Virus record (IMG/VR): IMGVR_UViG_3300037308_000149
Span: 1-59,632 of that record
Source of the DNA: a virus
DNA length: 59,632 nt
Reading direction: 5' to 3' (one strand)
Below the pieces are notes generated by a model. The model was not told the DNA's origin and made no database searches. It saw only the letters and a list, made by a program, of their open reading frames with translations. Of the stretch, positions 23,445-32,447 are shown piece after piece. The position numbers and the translations under genes were made by a program. Numbering within the stretch: the stretch's first letter is position 1; each line of letters opens with the position of its first letter.

Positions 23445-26209
23445 ATTCCTTCCTCTTCCATCTCGCGCAGCAACTCATGCAGCGCAGGGTTCATCTTGAT
23501 TGCGTATCCGTTCGGGGACACCAGTCCCCAGGCGAACAACCTGTTCACGATCCCATTGGCCTCCTCTCTTGAGACGTTCACCATCTGCTCGATGAGGTCC
23601 CGACGGAATTGCCCCTCAACGCCCTGCAGAAACTCAACCAGCATCCGGTTCTCGAGCAGGTAGGACTTTGCTCTCTGGGCATTGGCCGCCGCACGCTTGC
23701 GCTGGTCTCTTGCCTTGTCACTCATCCTGTGATAGCCAAACGTGTCCTTAGAGTAGATGTGATGGATGAACCGCACAGCATCCTTCACATGCTGCTTCTT
23801 GATGATGACGAACCGACCCGTCGAGTCTGTGCTGAACGTTGCTGCCGCAAGGGCGGCTGCGATGCGTGCTGTCTTCACATGGGCGTTGGCGGCTTGGAGA
23901 AGCGGAGGGTCTGCAACATACTGCTCCCCAAGCCATTCGGCACCCTTCAGAACCAGCCTCTCGGCTCCAGGCTCCCATTCTACGTCTTCGGCTGCCCTTG
24001 ACCATGCCCAGATGACCCGCATGTGGCAATCCTCTGACGCATACTTGGGCGTTCGACGAGATGGAGCCTGATAGATCTGGTCCATGTCCACCTCGCGGGT
24101 GGTCAACGCCATTGCGAAGTCGAACCGAGCGATGTCCTCTCTGTTTCCGATGAGAGGCTGGATGGCCTGGACTCCGTACATGTACCTGTCCATTGACTCG
24201 TTGCGTGGATTGGAGAGCCACAACAATCGCGTTCTAGCCCAAGCCTGGTCAGCCTGGATCTTCGCCATTTTGATGACTCCGCGCGAGCGAACATCGCTCA
24301 TCTTTTGGATCTCTTCCTGGCTCAGCCCACTTGCTTCATCGAGGACGACAAGACGGCGGTCCGACATGGGTACCACACCCCAGGTGACAGCCCATTGTCG
24401 GTCAGCCATCTGCTGAAGTCCTCCAATGACTCCAGCGAAAGTTGCAGCCTCGCAGTTGACAAACTGCCCTGTCCTGTAATGTTCCAGAACTCGCTGAGCA
24501 ACTTCAGACTTGCCGGTCCTGGTGTCTCCAATGACAAGCGCGTCAAGCCATCCCCTCCTCTCCAGCTTGCCCTGGAACGGGAACGAGATCAGCGAATGGA
24601 ACACCACATCAACAGCCATGTGTAAGTCAAGCCGTCCGTAGATACGAGTCACATGCTGTTCAAGGTCCAGGGCAATGTCGCCCATCTTCTGAAGAGGTGT
24701 TTGGTCTCCTCGTGGACGAAACTGCCGCAACGACTTCACGATGTCTGGCGTCACCCTGAACTCGTCGATCGCATTCTCGGCCTCTCGGACTTCCCACGCC
24801 ATGAACTCATTCACCTGTCGCTTCGGATCCGGGTGAGTTGTACCCACAACATGGACCACCTGGCTGGGCATGGTGTTGTGCTTCCCAACTGAGATGATCT
24901 TCCTTGGCGTGAAGTCCCCCGAATGCTCGTCCCAGGATGGGCGAACAAACAGTTGTTCAATGGTCTGGTGTGATTTGACCTCGTGCTGGATACGGTCACA
25001 CTTGACGGCTCCGACATGTTGCCGAAGAGCTTCGTTGCGGACAGAGATTGAGCTGTCCATCATGGTCAGAATGGTCTGGCTAGACGGACTGATCTCATAG
25101 TTGTGCTTTCCCCTGCGGCCCAACATGGGGCAGAACTTACACCTCGGCCCTGCGTCCATCGTACAGACAGAGGTGACAACCTTGGGCAAGGCATACATCT
25201 CCTTTGTCTTGCCAAGGATGAGCACATCCATCCCTTGAGCATGCCCGATGTTCTGGCTGTCAAACGACTCCATCACACTGACCTTGCGCTCCTCCTCGTT
25301 CATCGGGTCAGCGATCCGCTTCTGGAATGGCCTGCTCTTCCGGAGCAACTCATTGAAGTCCTCGTGTGAGTGAGGGTACTTCACAAAGTAGTCCGTGACG
25401 TCAGCGCCCTTCTTGCGGATAGGGATCTTGACAATCCAGATGGCCGAAGCAAACGGTTCCAAGTGCTCTGCAACCATCTTGGCACCGCGCTCACCGGGGC
25501 TGTCGCGGTCATAGACGATGAAGACTCGTTTGTCCTTGAACCGCTCAGACCATTCAACGTGCCAAGTACCGGCACCAGCAGTTCCAGAAACAGCCGGGAA
25601 GTCAAACTGGTTGGCTATCAGCGCGTCCATCTCGCCCTCTGTGATGACCACCCAATCCGTATCCTCTAGAACATGTTCCGGATAGAGGGGAACGGTGATT
25701 CCCGGCTCCTTCTTGGAAGCCCACCAGATCTTCCTGTCTGATGGAGCATTAGGCCGGTACTTGCGCACGTTGAACAGATCTCCGTTTTGGAGATACACAG
25801 GGATGGTGAAAGCCTGACTGGCTCTGTCAAAGCCAAGCAGATACTCAGTGATGATCTGTTCGCTGATTCCCCGTTCAGACCACAGGTACTCGGTGGCGTG
25901 CTCATCGTTGATGAGGTTGAGGTGCCAACGATCTACCTGCTCCTGGGTGACTGCAGGAGCCTTGCTCTGCTTGGTTTTCGGCTGAGGGTCGGCCTGGGGA
26001 GAGGAGCCCAGCCTCTTCAACAGGCCAGTCAGGCTTCCATGTCCGCAACCAGCGAAGCACTTCCAGACACCTTTGTCGAAGTTGACCCGAGCGCTGCGCT
26101 TCTTGTCGTCGTGAAGGGGACAACGCATGTCCCACTCACCAGGAGAGATCTCCTGGCCGCCGATCAGAAACGGCTCAAGTCGTTGTCTGGCGCGCTTCGA
26201 TGTCTCCAT
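23441..26209 (-). CDS. Bifunctional primase-helicase (CHC2 zinc finger, Toprim, P-loop NTPase)
   Basis: It has CPLHDDKKRSARVNFDKGVWKCFAGCGHG, a Toprim-like ITEGEMDAL...VYDRDSPGE, and the Walker A VIGDTRTGKSEV. Confidence 0.85.
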   Translation of the reverse strand: METSKRARQRLEPFLIGGQEISPGEWDMRCPLHDDKKRSARVNFDKGVWKCFAGCGHGSLTGLLKRLGSSPQADPQPKTKQSKAPAVTQEQVDRWHLNLINDEHATEYLWSERGISEQIITEYLLGFDRASQAFTIPVYLQNGDLFNVRKYRPNAPSDRKIWWASKKEPGITVPLYPEHVLEDTDWVVITEGEMDALIANQFDFPAVSGTAGAGTWHVEWSERFKDKRVFIVYDRDSPGERGAKMVAEHLEPFASAIWIVKIPIRKKGADVTDYFVKYPHSHEDFNELLRKSRPFQKRIADPMNEEERKVSVMESFDSQNIGHAQGMDVLILGKTKEMYALPKVVTSVCTMDAGPRCKFCPMLGRRGKHNYEISPSSQTILTMMDSSISVRNEALRQHVGAVKCDRIQHEVKSHQTIEQLFVRPSWDEHSGDFTPRKIISVGKHNTMPSQVVHVVGTTHPDPKRQVNEFMAWEVREAENAIDEFRVTPDIVKSLRQFRPRGDQTPLQKMGDIALDLEQHVTRIYGRLDLHMAVDVVFHSLISFPFQGKLERRGWLDALVIGDTRTGKSEVAQRVLEHYRTGQFVNCEAATFAGVIGGLQQMADRQWAVTWGVVPMSDRRLVVLDEASGLSQEEIQKMSDVRSRGVIKMAKIQADQAWARTRLLWLSNPRNESMDRYMYGVQAIQPLIGNREDIARFDFAMALTTREVDMDQIYQAPSRRTPKYASEDCHMRVIWAWSRAAEDVEWEPGAERLVLKGAEWLGEQYVADPPLLQAANAHVKTARIAAALAAATFSTDSTGRFVIIKKQHVKDAVRFIHHIYSKDTFGYHRMSDKARDQRKRAAANAQRAKSYLLENRMLVEFLQGVEGQFRRDLIEQMVNVSREEANGIVNRLFAWGLVSPNGYAIKMNPALHELLREMEEEGI

Positions 26210-26211
26210 CG

Positions 26212-26460
26212 CTACTGGTTCCTTGGGTTAGAGTCCCAGACGATCTTCTTGAACTTGGCCACAGACGGGAAGTATGACATGGGGTCGACTCTAGCCTTGC
26301 CCTGCGTATACTCCTCTAGGTCCTCATTGGCCTTGTCTGGGAACGTCCAGGAGCACCTCTTCTCCTCCCATTGGATCTCCAGTAGGTCGTGCCCTCTGTA
26401 CCAGAGATAGCACGCCAGAGACATGTCGCTTGTTGTGATTGGCTCCTCCATCACGATCAC
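26212..26460 (-). CDS. DUF5659-like small protein
   Basis: TTSDMSLACYLWYRGHDLLEIQWEEKRCSWTFPD matches my recollection of the family pattern. Confidence 0.45.
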   Translation of the reverse strand: MIVMEEPITTSDMSLACYLWYRGHDLLEIQWEEKRCSWTFPDKANEDLEEYTQGKARVDPMSYFPSVAKFKKIVWDSNPRNQ

Positions 26461-27299
26461 TCGTCAAAGGGGAAGCCGCTCCGCTTGCGACCACGTGTTG
26501 CGGTGCGCTTGGCAGGCGTCTTCTTCGCAGGTGCCTTGCGTGCCGGTGCCTTGCGTGCCGGTGCCTTGCGTGCCGGTGCCTTGCGTGCCGGTGCCTTCTT
26601 CGCAGGAGCACGACGACGAGGAGCAGGCTCTTCCTCTTCCTCCTCTTCCTCGTCCTCCTCGTCCTCCTCTTCCTCCTCTTCCTCTTCCTCCTCTTCCTCG
26701 TCCTCCTCTTCCTCCTCTTCCTCTTCCTCCTCTTCCTCGTCCTCCTCTTCCTCCTCTTCCTCGTCGTCATCCTCGTCCTCGTCCGCTTCCTCGATCTCGT
26801 CCTCGTCGTACTCCTCTTCCTCGTCGTCATCGTCCTCAGACGTGGCCCATGTGTCCTCGTCATAGGACAGAACGTTGGCCACCTCTCCGCGGTACTCGTC
26901 GTTGAGGTTCTTCCCAGCCCTGACGATCACGATCACGTCGAGACCAACGAGCTTGTCCGTGTCCAAGACGCCCTTCCGCTTGCGCTTGGTGACGATCCCC
27001 GTGGCCAGAAGGAACTGGTCCAGCTTCTGCTGCGGAAAGCCTTCGTAGGAAGGGTGTCCCGGAAGGACCAGGTAGTACCACAGGCGAGCGCCGACATACT
27101 TCTCGTTCGTCTTCTTCTCAGCAGCGGAGATCTCGAACACAATCTCCAGCATGGGCTTCTCCGGGTCACCGCCAGAATCACGAGGATTGACCTCGACGAT
27201 CGATGCGACGTATTGACCGGGCTTCGGAGACTCGAAACTCCGAACCTTCACTGCCTCGTCAGGGTCGCTGCCGCTGACATCGAACTTGATCTTTGCCAT
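26457..27299 (-). CDS. Putative ssDNA-binding protein with an extreme acidic tract followed by (PARKA)n
   Basis: The ATG at 27299 is preceded by AGGAGGAAG. A ~150-aa globular N-terminus is followed by a 70-residue tract with 67 Asp/Glu, then PAKKAPARKAPARKAPARKAPARKAPAKKTPAKR...GFPFDE. It sits between the Sak4-like ATPase and the primase-helicase. Confidence 0.45.
   Translation of the reverse strand: MAKIKFDVSGSDPDEAVKVRSFESPKPGQYVASIVEVNPRDSGGDPEKPMLEIVFEISAAEKKTNEKYVGARLWYYLVLPGHPSYEGFPQQKLDQFLLATGIVTKRKRKGVLDTDKLVGLDVIVIVRAGKNLNDEYRGEVANVLSYDEDTWATSEDDDDEEEEYDEDEIEEADEDEDDDEEEEEEEDEEEEEEEEEEEEDEEEEEEEEEEEEDEEDEEEEEEEEPAPRRRAPAKKAPARKAPARKAPARKAPARKAPAKKTPAKRTATRGRKRSGFPFDE
26530..26598. 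repeat. 15-bp tandem repeat GGTGCCTTGCGTGCC: 4 perfect copies plus a partial copy
   Basis: Read directly. It encodes the PARKA units on the minus strand. Confidence 0.95.
26629..26838. repeat. Triplet low-complexity tract (CTC/TTC/GTC)n encoding poly-Glu/Asp
   Basis: Read directly. It generates spurious ORFs in several frames on both strands. Confidence 0.9.
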
Positions 27300-27300
27300 G

Positions 27301-28092
27301 TTAGGACTTCCTCCTGTTGATTGACTCAACGATCTGTGCCATGGTCGGGTTGACCAACTCCGTACCCAGTGCGGCGAAACGGTCCTTCGCGTACCACTTC
27401 CCACTGGGCTGGGCCTGAAGCACGCGGGTCCTTCTCACAACTGGCCTACCACCTCCCTTCGGCGCCACCCTCTTTCGATGGATGTACATGCGGCCAACGA
27501 TGCCCACGTATCCACAGATCTTGCTGGACATGTTGCCCTGGCCGCCCTGGATGGCCGGCATGTACTGAACACCGCTCTCCTCTTCGTCGTCATCATCCGT
27601 GCCGATCTTCATCACATGGGCTGTCATGCCGAAGTTCATCGGCAACCCTTTCATGCGACGAATCCACAGCCCGAGTTTGTTCTGGGTCAAGAGGTACTGA
27701 GGCTTGTCGGGCAAGTTGATGTCCCGGTGAGGGCTCTTCTTCACCAACTCTGCCATGATTTGGTCCATGCCCAACTCTTGGAACAGCGTGATGCTGTCCA
27801 GCCAAACCCAGTCGTACTCCTCACGGCCTCCGTGACGAAGGTACTCGTATGCTTCATCCAATTCCTTGAACGACTTGACGTCATACACGTCCGGGTCATA
27901 CCCCATGGCGCGCATTGATTCTGGGCCGTCCGGCCCATCGGCGTTGAGGATCAACGTCTTCCCGACCTCGGCACTGCTCCCTGCCAGAACAGACTTGCCC
28001 ACTCCAGGGTAGGAGTAGACCAGAATCCTGACATGGCTTGGCCTACGGCTGAGTTGCTTGATACCTCTCGGCTTCTCCCTCGTGATGGCCAT
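27301..28092 (-). CDS. Sak4-like / AAA_24 RecA-fold ATPase (recombination mediator)
   Basis: The ATG at 28092 is preceded by AAGGAGGTGACG. It has ILVYSYPGVGKSVLAGS (Walker A), WVWLDSIT (Walker B-like) and a C-terminal WYAKDRF. Confidence 0.7.
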   Translation of the reverse strand: MAITREKPRGIKQLSRRPSHVRILVYSYPGVGKSVLAGSSAEVGKTLILNADGPDGPESMRAMGYDPDVYDVKSFKELDEAYEYLRHGGREEYDWVWLDSITLFQELGMDQIMAELVKKSPHRDINLPDKPQYLLTQNKLGLWIRRMKGLPMNFGMTAHVMKIGTDDDDEEESGVQYMPAIQGGQGNMSSKICGYVGIVGRMYIHRKRVAPKGGGRPVVRRTRVLQAQPSGKWYAKDRFAALGTELVNPTMAQIVESINRRKS

Positions 28093-28300
28093 CGTCACCT
28101 CCTTGTGTATTGCGGAAGAACCTGACCCGCTCCTTGCAGTTGAAGCATTGGAGCATCGGGTTCTCTTCCCAGGACGACCATGGGTATTGCTGGTACCCAC
28201 CGATGTCCCTGGTGCATAGAGTACGTCCGTTTGCCGCCAGATGATACATGACGCCTGTTGGCTTGCCAGTTCTGACGACGATGAGATCATGACTTGCCAT
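28043..28300 (-). CDS. Small hypothetical protein (85 aa); overlaps both neighbours
   Basis: ATG at 28300. Product: MASHDLIVVRTGKPTGVMYHLAANGRTLCTRDIGGYQQYPWSSWEENPMLQCFNCKE... It fills the 195-bp gap between the two neighbouring genes. Confidence 0.3.
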   Translation of the reverse strand: MASHDLIVVRTGKPTGVMYHLAANGRTLCTRDIGGYQQYPWSSWEENPMLQCFNCKERVRFFRNTQGGDDGHHEGEAERYQATQP

Positions 28301-29276
28301 CGAACAGGTCCTTTCTGTAGTCCTCATACGGATCGCCGACCACAAACATCTGGTCACGATATGACTCCCAGTCCGATGAGGTCTCGTGCAACTCACACAT
28401 GTTCATGAACACGCAGTCCCATGTGCAGTTCTTCGTGGGGTTCTTGTACACCGGCAACTTGCCCTGCTTCACCAACCTCATCTCAAACGCTTCAGCACGA
28501 ATCCGGCGCATCTGCTCCTTTCTGTCGTCCGGATCCCGGTACACCGCAATGCGTTCAAAGAGGGGAGGTGGTTGCTTCTTGCTGACAGAGCCGTCCTTGT
28601 TCAGATACAGCCCTTCCTCGTTCTGGGGCCGAAGATCCTTCTTGGCCTTGCGCGCGAAGTTGTACAGGATGATGTCCAACTCCTCACCAGACTCCATGAT
28701 GCCCAACTTCCGAAGATGCATCGGAGCGAACGTCCAGTAGGAACCTGCTTGCTCATCCAGCTGGAGATGAGGCTTCAGATCCTCCGAGCCTGTCTTGTGC
28801 TCAAGAAGTCCTTTCTCCCCGGTGGTACGCCACTTGAACAGCGCATCAAACCTACCGATGTACCAGAACGGCTTCCCTCCAAGATCCTTGAGTTGCACCC
28901 TGAATGGATGCTCAGGGTAGATGATCTCAATGTCCTCGTCCTTGCCGTACTGGCTGATGTAGTTGTTGAGGACCTCAATCCCGAGTTCTCCAAGGTCAAC
29001 TCGCTCGTCCTCGTTGTCCATGTCAGCGATCTTCAGCTTGCCTTGCTCATCGATGTACTGCATGTACAACTTCTCGAATGTCTTGGATGGATGGGGCCCA
29101 CGTTTCACACCCGGCTTGTAGTACGCAGCCAACGACTGATGGAAGAGGTCGCCAAACACCAGGGCTGGCTTGGTCTGTCGCTCGAGCCTCAAACCCTGAA
29201 CGTGTCCCCACCACCACTTCTGACGGCAGCGCTTGAACGTGGCCCTCTCGCTGGTGCGAATCAGAGGCGTGTCCAT
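28287..29276 (-). CDS. PD-(D/E)XK exonuclease, Cas4/RecB-like with a 4-Cys cluster
   Basis: It has GRFDALF...LLEHKTG (D...ExK), QLDEQAGSY (QxxxY), and Cys17 plus NCTWDCVFMNMC. Confidence 0.8.
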   Translation of the reverse strand: MDTPLIRTSERATFKRCRQKWWWGHVQGLRLERQTKPALVFGDLFHQSLAAYYKPGVKRGPHPSKTFEKLYMQYIDEQGKLKIADMDNEDERVDLGELGIEVLNNYISQYGKDEDIEIIYPEHPFRVQLKDLGGKPFWYIGRFDALFKWRTTGEKGLLEHKTGSEDLKPHLQLDEQAGSYWTFAPMHLRKLGIMESGEELDIILYNFARKAKKDLRPQNEEGLYLNKDGSVSKKQPPPLFERIAVYRDPDDRKEQMRRIRAEAFEMRLVKQGKLPVYKNPTKNCTWDCVFMNMCELHETSSDWESYRDQMFVVGDPYEDYRKDLFDGKS

Positions 29277-29285
29277 GGCTACGCC

Positions 29286-30164
29286 TCAGCCGATTCGGAG
29301 TTTGGGGTCAGGTCTGTACAGCCTGAGTTCCTCTTTCGCCCAGGGCAATGTACAGTGACCCTCGATCTGCTCCCATCCTTGGAAGGTACATCGTTGGGAT
29401 TTCTCGCAGGAGATCTTGATGTATGGTTCCAGCCACGGATGGGCTGCCACGAGGAGCTTCCTCATCTCACGCATCACATGAACGTACTCCCATTGGAACA
29501 TTGGGCAGCCACGGTATGCGTAGACCTCCAAGAACGTCCTGAGGGGATACTCACACATGATGTACGTCTCTGTGGCCTCTGGAAGAATCCACCTTGCATC
29601 CTGGTAAGAGACGCCAGCGTTGCACGCGTCGTTGTAGGCTCGAACAGACTGGTACGCAGCGATCCCCCAGGCCATCCTCGCCTGCTCATTTCGCCAAACG
29701 CTCTCAGGCATACGGAGGTTTGGCCAATACCCCATGAATGTCGCTCGCTGTGACTGCTGGTGGAACGTTGCCCTGCGGGTGCGAACGAGCTGGTGGGTAC
29801 AGGTCCGGCTGACACCCGCAACATCGAAGACAATGACCTCAGTCTCCAATGCCGTCTGGAGACCGCCCTTCATCATCTCTTCCCAAGGAAGGTTGTCGGG
29901 CAGGTTGTCCGGGTCAATGCCAGTGGTAGCCATCACAGCCCGACCAACCACCTGCTTGAACTTCTCTTCTGTGATGCCCTTGACCAACCGAACCTTGAGG
30001 TTGTCCAGGCCAACATCAATCCTGCCCTCATCAAACGGCGACTCATGACGTCGTTCACCGATCGGAGGAAGCTGAGGGTTCAGATCGTGCTTGTTGAACG
30101 GACCGTCACTGAGCAATGGGTTGCCATCCAACTCGTTGCGGGGACGCGAGTAGATGTAGTCCAT
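29286..30164 (-). CDS. thyX: Flavin-dependent thymidylate synthase ThyX-like
   Basis: SRTCTHQLVRTRRATFHQQSQR aligns to the ThyX signature RHRxxSxxxxSxR (with His to Thr and Ser to Thr changes). QDARWILPEATET is also present. Confidence 0.75.
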   Translation of the reverse strand: MDYIYSRPRNELDGNPLLSDGPFNKHDLNPQLPPIGERRHESPFDEGRIDVGLDNLKVRLVKGITEEKFKQVVGRAVMATTGIDPDNLPDNLPWEEMMKGGLQTALETEVIVFDVAGVSRTCTHQLVRTRRATFHQQSQRATFMGYWPNLRMPESVWRNEQARMAWGIAAYQSVRAYNDACNAGVSYQDARWILPEATETYIMCEYPLRTFLEVYAYRGCPMFQWEYVHVMREMRKLLVAAHPWLEPYIKISCEKSQRCTFQGWEQIEGHCTLPWAKEELRLYRPDPKLRIG

Positions 30165-30233
30165 CTGACCTCTTCCTTTCTTCTTGTGTTTTGACCCCAG
30201 GGAACCTATTCTACCGTAAGTTTCCCGGCTTGG

Positions 30234-30746
30234 CTATCCGGCCAACGCAGACAACCTGACCACAACGCCACCCAGTTGAGACATGTTGGCCTCAACACGA
30301 GAACCGAAGTCATCCACCGTCCAAAGTGACCGATGCTTCTCAGGTGGCACCTCCTTGTGTTCAGGGTTCTGGAAGAACTGTTCTGGAGTACAGACCACCA
30401 CGCGTCCAGGGATTCGCTCCAACAGCCCAATGGCGTCAGGCTTGTCTATGTGCTCAATGACATCCACCATCAGGACCAGGTCATACCTCTCGAGCTCGTG
30501 GTCGGCCATCTCGAGAACATCCATGATGTAGACGTTGTCATAGACAGCCTTCAAACGAGGTGTGACGTAAGGCTCCCAGGCCTCAACGGCATCCACCCGG
30601 ACGATCGGAGGGCAGCCGATGTACTCCCTCAAGAGCATGGCGCCCTTGCCTCTGCCCGGCCCCACATCAAGGATGACACTCGGCTGAACCTGATGCACAA
30701 GATGAAGGATGGCCGGCCAGATCGCCAGATTGGAAGTAGGCATCAT
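30234..30746 (-). CDS. Class I SAM-dependent methyltransferase
   Basis: VILDVGPGRGKGAMLL (motif I), VDAVEAW and LVLMVDVIEHI. ATGA overlap with the upstream gene. Confidence 0.7.
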   Translation of the reverse strand: MMPTSNLAIWPAILHLVHQVQPSVILDVGPGRGKGAMLLREYIGCPPIVRVDAVEAWEPYVTPRLKAVYDNVYIMDVLEMADHELERYDLVLMVDVIEHIDKPDAIGLLERIPGRVVVCTPEQFFQNPEHKEVPPEKHRSLWTVDDFGSRVEANMSQLGGVVVRLSALAG

Positions 30747-31354
30747 CTTCTCCTCAGCACGTGGAACTGTCCGTGGTTCGGGCCGATGCGATTGTATGCG
30801 AATGGCCCTTTGTTTGCTTTCATGGACTCGATGTCAAAGCCTGACTCATCGGCTGCTTCCTCCAGCATGCCAGGAGTCCAGACCGCGACGTCTGTCCAGG
30901 ATTGGGCAACGCGTGGTCTGTCATACAGCGGAACATCCATCAGGAAGATGCTGTCCCGCCAAAGGACGTTGGCAATATCCTTCATGATAACGATACCGTC
31001 TTCAAATCTCTGGTGGACAAAAACAGAGATCGTGAAAGCCATCTCCACCTTTGTGGCCCAATGGGTCCAAGGGTAGAGCAGAGACGCCACATTCTTGATG
31101 CCGAGACTTCGCACACCCTCGAGCATGGTGGGTGACCCGTCACACGCCACAACCACAGAGAAGGAAGAAGCAAGATGGCGCAACACACGGCCTGCCCCGC
31201 ATCCAAAGTCCATGACAGACCGCTCTTCTGTTTGGTACGCGAGAACTCGAGCCGCATCACGGCGACCAGACTCGTCCCAGTCGAATGGCGTGATGGCCCT
31301 ACGATGGTCAGATCTCTTGGCCGCGCTCTCCCATTCAGAGGTGACAGAGTCCAT
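30743..31354 (-). CDS. Class I SAM-dependent methyltransferase
   Basis: VMDFGCGAGRVLRHLA (motif I) and VVVACDGSPTML. Confidence 0.7.
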   Translation of the reverse strand: MDSVTSEWESAAKRSDHRRAITPFDWDESGRRDAARVLAYQTEERSVMDFGCGAGRVLRHLASSFSVVVACDGSPTMLEGVRSLGIKNVASLLYPWTHWATKVEMAFTISVFVHQRFEDGIVIMKDIANVLWRDSIFLMDVPLYDRPRVAQSWTDVAVWTPGMLEEAADESGFDIESMKANKGPFAYNRIGPNHGQFHVLRRR

Positions 31355-32304
31355 CAGATTGGGCTTTCTATGTTGAGCAGAGCTTCTTCAAACACAGGGA
31401 GCTCCGCCAGCGATTGCTGCTCAAGGATCTCGGCTCGTTGGAGGGACAACAGAGACCTCTCTTGGTAATAGTCCTTGTCCTCAAGTCTTCTCAGTTCATG
31501 GACCCACCAGTTGATGTCATTCTGGGCCACAAAGATGCCAGCGCGTCCCAGTGACTCGACCAAGCCAGGTGTAGGAGTACAAACGGTCGGAATGCCAGAG
31601 CAAGCAGCCTCTACCGCAACCCTGCCGAATGACTCGTACGAGGAGGGCATCACGATCGTGTTGGTGACCTCATAGATGTCCCTGACGTCCTCTGCGTTCT
31701 CAACATACTTGATGTTGGGTGCGCCGGGATAGATCTGGACTCCATACGACCCCATGACGCCAAGGAACTCCCGGTCACGCATAGCACGAGCCATGTGCAA
31801 CCATTGCTGCACACCCTTCTTGATGCTGAGATTGATGAGAGTGGTGTAGCCTCTCTCGATAAGATGCTCCACCTTGTAATCCTTGACCCACACAGGAGGG
31901 TGGACCACCATCCATGGTCCGTTGGTCCAATCCACCTCCTTGGCCATCCAGTGAGAGTTGAAGACCACCAGATCTGCATTCTCAATACCGTGGAATGCGA
32001 GTTGCCACTGGTTGTGAACCAGATGGACCAACGGCTTCTTGAAGAAGCGAGCAACGCCAAGAACCCAGTGTGTGAGATCTAGATGGGTGATGACCACATC
32101 ACACCACTTGTACAGGGCCTCGTCTGGTTCTGATATGCCCACCCCATCTATGGACCGTTGTGACGGACGTAGATCGTCATCACCAACGATGACAGCTGCC
32201 TCATGCCCTCGTTCGACCAGCCACTTGAGCATCGCGTGAAGCATGTGTTCAGCTCCTGCGTTGTGAACAGGAGGGTAGCCATGCACATGGGCCAACACCT
32301 TCAT
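31354..32304 (-). CDS. GT-B glycosyltransferase (GT4/GT1-like)
   Basis: It has MKVLAHVHGYPP...AGAEHML and the C-terminal VMPSSYESFGRVAVEAACSGIPTV (E-x7-E region). Confidence 0.8.
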   Translation of the reverse strand: MKVLAHVHGYPPVHNAGAEHMLHAMLKWLVERGHEAAVIVGDDDLRPSQRSIDGVGISEPDEALYKWCDVVITHLDLTHWVLGVARFFKKPLVHLVHNQWQLAFHGIENADLVVFNSHWMAKEVDWTNGPWMVVHPPVWVKDYKVEHLIERGYTTLINLSIKKGVQQWLHMARAMRDREFLGVMGSYGVQIYPGAPNIKYVENAEDVRDIYEVTNTIVMPSSYESFGRVAVEAACSGIPTVCTPTPGLVESLGRAGIFVAQNDINWWVHELRRLEDKDYYQERSLLSLQRAEILEQQSLAELPVFEEALLNIESPI

Positions 32305-32447
32305 CTGAAGTCCTTTCCCTTGGAGTGTGGTTGGAGAGGGCTGGGCACGAATCCTTCATGGCTCCAGCTACAAGCAGCGAGGTCGGACTGCGAGCGAGCC
32401 GAGGCGCCGCAACCCAAACCCTCTCCATACCACGACCTTATGTTACC

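Noticed and set aside
26324-27320. ORFs 26324..26863(-), 26389..26865(+), 26423..26905(+) and 26439..27320(+), encoding poly-Arg/Lys, poly-Ser, poly-Pro or poly-Leu
   Set aside because: They are alternative-frame readings of the (CTC/TTC)n and 15-bp repeat tracts. The frame that continues from a globular N-terminal domain with a strong RBS (26457..27299) is the credible one.
28386-29753. Long plus-strand ORFs here and at 13385..14353, 33796..34803, 34828..35889, 37386..38513, 53433..54878 and 55288..56385
   Set aside because: Each lies exactly antisense to a minus-strand gene with recognisable motifs. Stop-poor antisense frames are expected in GC-rich DNA, and the translations are low-complexity.
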